Assembly (NCBI GenBank): GCA_944381005.1
Contig: CALWJM010000008.1
Location: 713 to 64,712 of the forward strand
DNA: 64,000 nt
Direction: 5' to 3'
Source of the DNA: an uncultured Butyricicoccus sp.
Lineage (GTDB): Bacteria; Bacillota; Clostridia; Oscillospirales; Butyricicoccaceae
In this document: piece by piece, positions 18,625 to 26,930 of the stretch
Numbering within the stretch: the stretch's first letter is position 1
How the letters are laid out: each line of letters opens with the position of its first letter
Translations under genes and position numbers: made by a program
The notes under the pieces: generated by a model
What the model was told of the DNA's origin: nothing
Database searches by the model: none
What the model saw: the letters and a program-made list of their open reading frames with translations, nothing else

Positions 18625-18751
18625 GTCATAGAAATGTCGAAATATGTCGAGACAACAATGTTAGAACAAGGTTTTAAGACATGAATAACGGTTGAAAAAG
18701 GAAACAGAATATGGCAAAATATAAAAGTATAAGAGCAGTGCTTGTAACCAC

Positions 18752-20146
18752 ATGAAAGGAGTGAACTGCATGGAATTAAATGTACTATATCCAGCGGAAG
18801 AAGAAAAGGAATATACCAATAGTACCTATCTCATTGTATCCAGAGTCGCCTATTTGATAGGTGTACCGCAAAAAATATTTGAAAATGAATTTGAACCGCC
18901 TAAAATAGAAATTTATAATGAATTGGAGAACAATAAAAATGCGCGTATTATTCGGAATCTGTGCATGATACGCACAGGGCTGGAGAAATATTTTACAAAA
19001 ATTCAACGTGCAATGATGTTTGACATGAAAAATCTGGGTACGTTGCCGCAATACATTCCGCCCCACTGTATTGAGCAGCTGCATCAAGACGGGATTCCAC
19101 TGATGAAAGCCAATTATAAAGCGGAAAAATACGTCTTTGACATCAACCGATATATTGCAGACCGAATCAATTTATGCCGTGAACTATTTCCCATTTGGAT
19201 TGATTGGGACTATATTCGGGAATTGTTCATTATGCCGCATGGACTGACCGAAGCGGGGGCAAAACGTGCCAATCGAGAATTTCATGACAATATGCTGCAC
19301 TATCCGTATCAGGTATATCTCAATTGGCATGGCGCTGCGCGCGGAAATATTCTATATAACGATAAAAAATTTGTTTCTCTGTTATATGAAGCGCACGAAG
19401 ATTTCTTCCAAGATATGAGCAAAGTAACCGATGCCAGTGATGCAACCAAAAGTAATATTTATGATTTTATTGGAAGCAATGAAAAAACAGCGTTCGTAGT
19501 CGATTGTGAAAATTCAGACCCTTATAAATTACATGCAGTGCTGCGTAATTTGGACAGCGATGAACTGGCTAAAGTGTCCAAAATAATCTTATACGATGAC
19601 CCGCATACAACCGTAGCATGGAAAATATTAAATGAATTTACCAATATTCCAGTCGAACATATTTTAGTCGAGCGGGTCAAACAGAATAAATCTTTGGTGG
19701 ACATGAGTTTAGCGGTTGGGGCTTGTAAGGAGTTCTATCAAGGCCGCGCAGATTCGTTTGTAATAGTTTCCAGTGACTCCGATTATTGGGGACTGATTTC
19801 CACGCTGCCAGAGGCGCGCTTTTTGGTGATGGTGGAAGAATCTAAATGTGGACATGACATGAAAAATGCGATGGAGAATGCGGGCATTTTCTATTGTTAC
19901 ATTGATGATTTTTGCACCGGTAACAGCGAAGAAGTTAAGCTGCACACGTTGCGCAATGAGATTCGGCAAAGATTAAACGATGCTTTTCAAGTGAATGTAG
20001 AGGAGTTGTTGCAGCAGGTGTACCGTGAAACGATGGTAGATATGACAGCGGGAGAAAAAAAGCAATTTTATAATACTTATATCAAGCCCATGCGCATTGT
20101 CATTGACGCGGAAGGAAATGCGTCGATTCGCTTGGGCGGCGATTGA
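18752..20146 (+). CDS. NYN (PIN-fold, LabA/DUF88-like) domain protein with long uncharacterised N-terminus
   Basis: FVVDCENS ... KSLVDMSL ... IVSSDSDY acidic tetrad; AAGGAG RBS (start 18752 or 18770). Confidence 0.78.
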   Translation: MKGVNCMELNVLYPAEEEKEYTNSTYLIVSRVAYLIGVPQKIFENEFEPPKIEIYNELENNKNARIIRNLCMIRTGLEKYFTKIQRAMMFDMKNLGTLPQYIPPHCIEQLHQDGIPLMKANYKAEKYVFDINRYIADRINLCRELFPIWIDWDYIRELFIMPHGLTEAGAKRANREFHDNMLHYPYQVYLNWHGAARGNILYNDKKFVSLLYEAHEDFFQDMSKVTDASDATKSNIYDFIGSNEKTAFVVDCENSDPYKLHAVLRNLDSDELAKVSKIILYDDPHTTVAWKILNEFTNIPVEHILVERVKQNKSLVDMSLAVGACKEFYQGRADSFVIVSSDSDYWGLISTLPEARFLVMVEESKCGHDMKNAMENAGIFYCYIDDFCTGNSEEVKLHTLRNEIRQRLNDAFQVNVEELLQQVYRETMVDMTAGEKKQFYNTYIKPMRIVIDAEGNASIRLGGD

Positions 20147-20215
20147 CACAGAACTGTATGAAAATGAAAACAGCGTCCGAATGGTTCGGACGCTGTTTTT
20201 TTATAGTTAAGACCC

Positions 20216-22720
20216 TCAGGAATTTTGAATCAGATGACTTAACGTTTGACACAATAGCTCAAAATCAATGGGCTTTTCAATATGTGCATTCATCCCGGCT
20301 TCGGTGGTCATGGCGATATCTTCTGCAAATGCGTTGGCAGTAACGGCCAAAATCGGAATTTGCTTGGCATCAGGACGGTCACTGGACCGGATGGCTTTTG
20401 CCGCTTCACAACCGTTCATTTCGGGCATTAACATATCCATTAAGATGGCATCGAAATAAAATGGTTCGGAATCTAAGAAGGCTTGCACAGCCTGTTTGCC
20501 ATTCCACACAGGCGTTACGACAACATCGTGCATGAAAAGGATTTCTTTTGTGATTTCCATGTTGATTTCGTTGTCCTCTGCCAACAAAATGCGCTTTCCA
20601 GCAAGGGTAAAATGAACCGATGCAGGGGTGTCTTTGGGAGCTTCTGGCTGTGTGACTGTAAGCGGTAGGGTAACGGTAAAGGTGGTTCCTTGTCCAAGTT
20701 GGCTTTCGACAGAAATTTTTCCGTTCATTTCATCAATCAGCCGCTTAACAATGGGCATCCCCAACCCGGTACCGATAACATTTTTGGTTGTAAAACGTGT
20801 TTCGCGGGAATAGGAATCAAAAATATGTGGTAAAAATTCAGGAGAAATACCAATACCCGTGTCTGATACAATGATTTGATAGTTGGCGTTGGGCGGTGCA
20901 CCGCATTGATTGACCGAGATAGATATGGATGCACCGGCATGACTGTACTTGAACGCATTTGACAGTAGATTGTTTAAAATCTGGCTGATGCGTGCCGCAT
21001 TTCCCATGACCATCGTATCTGTAAGGGAGAAGAAAACCGAAAAGTCTTTCTTTTCGCGCACAGCAAGCGCTTGGAAAATTTCCGTACATTCGGTCACACA
21101 TTTCTGCAAATCCATTGGCGCGCAGTCAAACGATAGTTTGCCGCGCTCCAGTTGGGCGATTTCCAGTAAATCGTTGATTAAATCAAGCAATTGTCGACCG
21201 GAATACTGGATTTTATCCAAATAGGTGTCAATTTTTTTGCTGTCATCCAGATGACTGCGTGCGAGTTCAGACAGGCCAAGAATTGCATTGAGTGGGGTGC
21301 GCATTTCGTGCGACATGTTGTTGAAGAAATCGGTTTTTGCCGCTTCATTTTTCTGTGCCGACTCCAGAGCACTTTTGAGCAGAGCAAATTGTTTTAACTG
21401 TTCTGTTTTTTCCTGCTCAACCTCTCGGAAACACAACACGACTTCGGAGGGAGGCAGGGCGGCATCGAACAGCAAACGGACATTGACCCACTTTTTGAGT
21501 TGTCCAAATCTGCGCAGGTAATCGCCGCCAAAGTCATATACCTGTTCGGCAACCAGTTTGCGGATGTTTTGGATGGAAAAGCTATCGGCAAACGCCTGAT
21601 AAGTACCGGCATCAACGACCTGTTCGATGGTATGCAAAAGCACATCATATTGCCCTTGTTTTCCCAAGATGGGCTGTACGTCGGGGGCACTTTTGATGAC
21701 CTCATAAGTATTGTGTTCATAATCAATGCGATAGATGGCGTAATAGGAGTTACCCAAAACACGAGCCGTGTCATCTACGCGTTTGATTTTGCGATTCATA
21801 CGGAAATCCCGTACCGTAAGTACAGCGACACCGGCGACAAACAGCACGAAAACGATTGCGAAAATGGTGATAAAGCGGCGCAATTCATATAAAATTGTAT
21901 TAAATGGGATGGTCACGACCGATATCCAGCCATTACTCATTTGAGAGTAGTATACCCCTTGTGCGCGGCCGGATAAGTCGGTTACATTGGCATCGTAAGG
22001 GGCAAGGGAATTGTCTTGAATACCGGGGAAGATAGACTGCATGTAGGTCAGCGCTTGGGTATAGGACATATCGGAATCGGTGGCGTAGTAGAGCGGAACG
22101 CCGGTTTGGTCACAGAGAAAGTAGCAGGCCCCCTCAGGCAGTACAGAGTGGTTGGCATATGCATGGAAATTTTCCAGAAAAACATCAAACACCAAGATGT
22201 TATCGGTCAGTGTGCCTTTTTGTGCGACTGTAACCACCGGTTTACCGGTTATCTGGTCGGTATACACATTGGTGAAAATGGGGGTTCCTGCCGCCGCAAT
22301 CGCTTGTTGATACCAGTCTGTAGCGCGGAAATCATAGGTTTGCATATCTGGCCAAGCATTGGCGGACATCAGTTTGCCGTCTATCACGGCGTATAGGTTG
22401 ACCGATTGATTGCCCAACATGGTTGTAATGTTGCTGAATAAATCGTCCATCCAACGCTGCATTTTTTCAGCCTCTGAACCGCGTGCGGTCTGTTCGTCCA
22501 GATATTGGGTTCCCAGTTCAATCAGAGTTTGATAAATGGTGATGTTATTTTGTTCTTCGGCTGAATAGTTTTTTGTAAAATAAGTGCCCATTTCCTGCGC
22601 ATTTTGCAGCAACTTGACGCGCAAAATGTGAATACTGAACACAGACAAAACGGCAAACAGCACAAGAACCAAGACACTGATTCGAAGATAAGACGGGATT
22701 TTTTTGGTTGCATGTTTCAC
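20216..22720 (-). CDS. Hybrid sensor histidine kinase (TM-Cache-TM-PAS-like-HisKA-HATPase-REC)
   Basis: DFRATDWYQQA Cache motif; NMSHEMRTPLN H-box; NLLSNAFKY, DTGIG, GTGLG; REC AEDN..MDMLMP..KP; GTG 22720 with GGAG. Confidence 0.93.
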   Translation of the reverse strand: MKHATKKIPSYLRISVLVLVLFAVLSVFSIHILRVKLLQNAQEMGTYFTKNYSAEEQNNITIYQTLIELGTQYLDEQTARGSEAEKMQRWMDDLFSNITTMLGNQSVNLYAVIDGKLMSANAWPDMQTYDFRATDWYQQAIAAAGTPIFTNVYTDQITGKPVVTVAQKGTLTDNILVFDVFLENFHAYANHSVLPEGACYFLCDQTGVPLYYATDSDMSYTQALTYMQSIFPGIQDNSLAPYDANVTDLSGRAQGVYYSQMSNGWISVVTIPFNTILYELRRFITIFAIVFVLFVAGVAVLTVRDFRMNRKIKRVDDTARVLGNSYYAIYRIDYEHNTYEVIKSAPDVQPILGKQGQYDVLLHTIEQVVDAGTYQAFADSFSIQNIRKLVAEQVYDFGGDYLRRFGQLKKWVNVRLLFDAALPPSEVVLCFREVEQEKTEQLKQFALLKSALESAQKNEAAKTDFFNNMSHEMRTPLNAILGLSELARSHLDDSKKIDTYLDKIQYSGRQLLDLINDLLEIAQLERGKLSFDCAPMDLQKCVTECTEIFQALAVREKKDFSVFFSLTDTMVMGNAARISQILNNLLSNAFKYSHAGASISISVNQCGAPPNANYQIIVSDTGIGISPEFLPHIFDSYSRETRFTTKNVIGTGLGMPIVKRLIDEMNGKISVESQLGQGTTFTVTLPLTVTQPEAPKDTPASVHFTLAGKRILLAEDNEINMEITKEILFMHDVVVTPVWNGKQAVQAFLDSEPFYFDAILMDMLMPEMNGCEAAKAIRSSDRPDAKQIPILAVTANAFAEDIAMTTEAGMNAHIEKPIDFELLCQTLSHLIQNS

Positions 22721-22744
22721 GGCTTGCTCTCCTGAAAACAAAGT

Positions 22745-23842
22745 TTAGCTTTGGGAAGAATGGTCAAGGTCAAGCAGCAAAATGGACATAGATTCTTGAC
22801 AGCTTTGCACAAGAGAATACATTTCCTCGGAAATGATATGACCGACCTCGTCAGATAAGGCGTATAACATGCGCTCAAACCGATTGTTATGGTTGCGGTG
22901 AATCTTGGCGTAATTGTCGCATCGCATGGCGGTATGTACCAGCTGTGCACACAAAGGTGGGGTTACAGGCGCATCGGTTTGCGGATACCCTGTGCCGTCA
23001 AAGTTTTTGTGATGCCAGTAGGCAATTTCCGAACAATAATGTAAAAAAGGATGTTCTGCGCTTCCCTGAAGGAAAAAATCTCGACCAATGGTGGTGTGTT
23101 CTTGATAGGCTGGGGCATCAGGGTCTGTGATGACAGCATCGGGCAGACCGAGCAGACCGACATCTAAAAAGGCTGCGGCACAGCCGATGAATGTTGCGTC
23201 TAAAAAGCTTAGACCGCTATCGGGATGTGTTTCGACATAGGTTTCGGCGAATAGGGTGGTTATTTTTTGGATACGGCGTGCTTGAGAGAGTGAAATTGCA
23301 GGGCGGTTTTTTGCCAGTACACACAGTTTATCCCACCATTGTGCAGCGATTTTCTCGGCATCTTCTGCGGATAGGGTGCGCGGCAGCAGGGCGAGCGGGG
23401 CATTGTCTTGTGAGACAGCAGGCGAAGAAGCGTCAAGAATGGTTGTCCCCGCTGGCCAAGCGGATTTGACCGTTGCACAGACACGGGTTTGAACGGTGTG
23501 TGGGTCAACCGGCTTGACCAGAAAATCGGCTGCACCATGGGCAATGCCGTCTACAACATACTGTTTTTGTGCGTCTGAGGTAATCAGGATAATCGGTAAG
23601 CCTGTGGAGGGAATGTCCTGCTGAATCTGCTGCAACACCGTAAAACCAGCACCTTTTCTGCCCAAACAGATATCCAGCAAAACCGCACAGATACGGTGTT
23701 GATTTTGGGTCAGAAAGCGCATTGCTTGCGCCGCATTGGAGAGACATTTTACTTTAAAGTGATTTTTAAAGATTTCGTTTAAAATGGCCAAATCTAATTC
23801 ACTGTCATCAATGATGAGTAAAGTATCGCGTTTCACGTTCAA
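22745..23842 (-). CDS. Response regulator, REC + degenerate HD-GYP domain
   Basis: REC: IDDS, LLDI, ITS, VKP intact; output FLDVGLLGLPD, HTTIG, HHKNFDGTGYP, TAMRCD. Confidence 0.85.
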   Translation of the reverse strand: MNVKRDTLLIIDDSELDLAILNEIFKNHFKVKCLSNAAQAMRFLTQNQHRICAVLLDICLGRKGAGFTVLQQIQQDIPSTGLPIILITSDAQKQYVVDGIAHGAADFLVKPVDPHTVQTRVCATVKSAWPAGTTILDASSPAVSQDNAPLALLPRTLSAEDAEKIAAQWWDKLCVLAKNRPAISLSQARRIQKITTLFAETYVETHPDSGLSFLDATFIGCAAAFLDVGLLGLPDAVITDPDAPAYQEHTTIGRDFFLQGSAEHPFLHYCSEIAYWHHKNFDGTGYPQTDAPVTPPLCAQLVHTAMRCDNYAKIHRNHNNRFERMLYALSDEVGHIISEEMYSLVQSCQESMSILLLDLDHSSQS

Positions 23843-24222
23843 TCCTCCACTTTTTGTTCATACTCGATTAGAATTTTAGAGAGTTGCTTGCTCTCGGCCT
23901 CCGCTTCTGAGAGAAGGTCATTTAATTTTTGACTGTGTTGAAAGTTTGAAGTACGAAATTCGACCAAAATTGCTTGGGCACATTCAAAGATAGACTGTAC
24001 GCCCAGATTACCGGCCGTGCCTTTGAGATTGTGTACCGCCATATAAAAATATTCTTCGTTTTGCTGCTCCAAATAGGTGCGCATTTCATCAAATTTCATA
24101 TAAGTAGGCAATTTGCGGATAAAGGAAATGAATAAATCCTGATTTCCCATGAAACGGGAGATTGCTTTTTCGGTATCTACACCGGCGGCAGAGAGCTGCT
24201 CAATCAATTGGGTCTGATTCAT
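23839..24222 (-). CDS. Stand-alone Hpt phosphotransfer protein
   Basis: GVDTEKAISRFMGN...AVHNLKGTAGNLG Hpt signature; overlaps the RR start. Confidence 0.9.
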   Translation of the reverse strand: MNQTQLIEQLSAAGVDTEKAISRFMGNQDLFISFIRKLPTYMKFDEMRTYLEQQNEEYFYMAVHNLKGTAGNLGVQSIFECAQAILVEFRTSNFQHSQKLNDLLSEAEAESKQLSKILIEYEQKVED

Positions 24223-24951
24223 AAAAGTTCACCTAAAAATAAAATTTTTGATAGATAGAATGGAAAATGGATAGGGTGCATAAAAATGCAATCGCGCCAT
24301 CAATTCCCATAGCATATTTTAACATAAATGCAAGCGGAAAGAAACCAGCCGGAGAGGAAATTGATTTTGACGTGTAAAATTGCCGAGAGATAGAGGTATA
24401 GGAATGGAGCAGATAGCGGGGGAGTGGTATCAAAATATGTAAAAAAATTTGCATGGTACGACAAAAATAAAAAGAAGATTGTGGATATGAATTTGGTGTA
24501 CGAATATGATATAAAAGATGAAAATATATTTAAAATATTGTATTTTGTTTTACTTTGTTCAAAGACAAATGTAAAAAAATTACATGTAAAGGTTATATTT
24601 CGGGTAAAATATGTTGCTGATTTTTATATTGTTTGTTATAATTATATCAAGCAATATGATGATAGAGGACAAACGATAGTGTGTCGAGAGGGGAGATTTT
24701 TTAAGCACGATATGTGGATGGGGCGGAGTTTGTTATTTTGTCATACGGACAATGTGATTTTTGACGCTTTAATCTGCTAAAAGGCGTGTGTTGCTTTCCA
24801 ATGGAAGTACATACGCCTTTTCTGTTTTCACGGGATAGTTGAGATTGTTTTAGAATGGAGGAATGTAGTTCTTTACAGTCGAATAAGGTATCGTTTGCCG
24901 TGAATGTTGTGCAAGCGATTATGGGACACAGAAAGAATATAAGGGAGGAAG

Positions 24952-26655
24952 ATGACGGTGAAAAATCTAAAAGTCGTCTATAAGTTATTGGTTTCCTATG
25001 GCGTTATATTTATTATGCTGTTTTCTCTAGGGCTTTTGTCATTATCAGCAATTAACATGATGGCTAAGAAAAGCGTAGAATACGCCGAAAAAACCATTCC
25101 TACGGTAGAAGAGATTGGCTTGACGCGAAGAAATATGATTTCGGTGCGTCGATATCTGCTCAATGCAATCATTACACAGGATGCAGAGGACTTTGAACGG
25201 GTTTCCAGCTCGATGAAAAATGACCGCCAGAGCCTGTATGATTCGCTCGATGTGATTGAGAGCTTGAATCCAGAATATACGGAAGACATTGACACCATTC
25301 GGACAGAATTGAAAAACGTTTCGGCATATAACACCCAGATTTTACAATTGGCGCAGACCAATGATGCGCAGAATAAGCAACATGCCTATGAAATTTATTT
25401 AAATACTTATGCGCCGGCGTTTGACACAGCGGCCGACCAGATTATTGCATTGAATGAAAAAATCAATGAAAATGCCAAAACACAGGAAGCCAAGGTGCAA
25501 ATGACCCATCGGGTTGCCCTGATTCTTGTGAGTGTGGTGATTCTGATAGGTATTTTGCTGGTTGCATTGTTCCTGTTTTTGATGCTTCGCTATATTATGG
25601 TGCCGCTCAAAAAAACAGCGCGCGCGATGGACGCATTAAAAGAAGGAGATTTTGAACAGGCGGTGATTCACTACGATTCCAAGGATGAATTCGGTCAGTT
25701 GGCGCAAAGAATCACGCAGACGATGGAAAAAATTATTTTCATTACAAACGATATTGAAAAAGGATTGTCTGCGCTTGCAGAAGGTGATTTTTCGGTAACC
25801 AGCCAGGATGACAGCCGATATACTGGGGAATACCACCGGCTGCGCGATACAATCTATCAGATGACCCATTTATTTAACCAGATTATTGGGAAAATTACAG
25901 ATACTGCAAATCGTGTCGCCGATGGCGCGGAACAGGTGTCAAACGCTGCACAGGCGCTTAGCCAAGGGTCTACCGAGCAGGCTTCCAGTGTGGAAGAACT
26001 GGCGGCAACGTTGTCTGGCATCTCCCGTCAGGTGAATGAAAACAATGCGTTTATTTTAGAGTCTGAACACAATGTCAAGGAAACCGTGTCGGAATTGCAA
26101 ATTGGAACGCAGAAAATGCAGGAAATGCTGACTGCTATGAATGAAATTACGGACAGTTCGGTTGAGATTGAGAAGATTATTAAAAATATAGAGGATATCG
26201 CGTTCCAGACCAATATTTTGGCGTTGAATGCTGCGGTGGAAGCCGCGCGTGCAGGACAGGCGGGCAAGGGCTTTGCGGTTGTAGCAGATGAAGTGCGCAA
26301 TCTGGCAGCAAAGACAGCCGAGTCCTCGCGCAACACAGCTCATTTGATTTCCAAATCGTTGCAGGCTGTACAGCATGGCAAACAGATTGCTGACGAAACC
26401 GCCACTTCGTTCGATAAGGTATCTGAGCATATTGCTAGGGTTGCAGAGCAATCGGAAAAGATTTCTGAGAATTCAAGAGCGCAAGACGAGTCCATCCGCC
26501 AGACTTCAATCGGAGTGGAACAAATTTCGAGCGTTGTACAAACCAATTCGGCAACCGCGCAGCAAAGTGCGGCGGCAAGTGAAGAACTGGCTGGTTTGTC
26601 CAATATCTTGCAAGATATCGTCAAAAATTTTCAACGGGCAGAATATTACCACTAA
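24952..26655 (+). CDS. Methyl-accepting chemotaxis protein (four-helix periplasmic-type sensor, HAMP)
   Basis: Two TM helices, [42 protein letters not shown]. Confidence 0.94.
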   Translation: MTVKNLKVVYKLLVSYGVIFIMLFSLGLLSLSAINMMAKKSVEYAEKTIPTVEEIGLTRRNMISVRRYLLNAIITQDAEDFERVSSSMKNDRQSLYDSLDVIESLNPEYTEDIDTIRTELKNVSAYNTQILQLAQTNDAQNKQHAYEIYLNTYAPAFDTAADQIIALNEKINENAKTQEAKVQMTHRVALILVSVVILIGILLVALFLFLMLRYIMVPLKKTARAMDALKEGDFEQAVIHYDSKDEFGQLAQRITQTMEKIIFITNDIEKGLSALAEGDFSVTSQDDSRYTGEYHRLRDTIYQMTHLFNQIIGKITDTANRVADGAEQVSNAAQALSQGSTEQASSVEELAATLSGISRQVNENNAFILESEHNVKETVSELQIGTQKMQEMLTAMNEITDSSVEIEKIIKNIEDIAFQTNILALNAAVEAARAGQAGKGFAVVADEVRNLAAKTAESSRNTAHLISKSLQAVQHGKQIADETATSFDKVSEHIARVAEQSEKISENSRAQDESIRQTSIGVEQISSVVQTNSATAQQSAAASEELAGLSNILQDIVKNFQRAEYYH

Positions 26656-26712
26656 GATGGCTTGATGCAAGTTTATGCTATAAAAATGCGAAAAAAAGCG
26701 GAAAAATGATAT

Positions 26713-26745
26713 AAAAAATGGGCGGATTTTGTCCGCTCATTTTTT
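26713..26745 (+). terminator. Terminator after MCP
   Basis: AAAAAATGGGCGGA-tttt-GTCCGCTCATTTTTT. Confidence 0.8.
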
Positions 26746-26816
26746 ATTCTGTGAGACATCACCAGTATACCAAAAGAAAAGAAAGGTTTTTTTTGTATGA
26801 ATTGTTATAATAGCAG

Positions 26817-26846
26817 TTGAAAATATGGATTCTGTGTGTGTATAAT
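26817..26846 (+). promoter_or_regulatory. sigma-A promoter of hydrogenase-MCP gene
   Basis: TTGAAA-18 nt-TATAAT preceded by TGTG; 9-bp inverted repeat AAATTTCTG/CAGAAATTT at 26885-26911 downstream. Confidence 0.6.
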
Positions 26847-26930
26847 AAAAATAGATGTGGAATGAAAATAAATCTGTGATTTAGAAATTTCTGATTTTTA
26901 AGCAGAAATTTAAAAAGGGGAACACAAAAC

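Noticed and set aside
24424-24780. 118-aa ORF in the divergent intergenic region
   Set aside because: AT-rich low-complexity translation covering promoter-like DNA; no convincing RBS or motif.
24870-24910. sigma-D (sigma-28) promoter for the MCP
   Set aside because: GCCG/GTCGAATA-like elements lack a correctly spaced TAAA -35.
24600-24950. Possible c-di-GMP riboswitch upstream of the MCP
   Set aside because: No GCAAAC/GNRA-receptor core of class I or class II consensus recognisable by eye; only the hairpin is reported.
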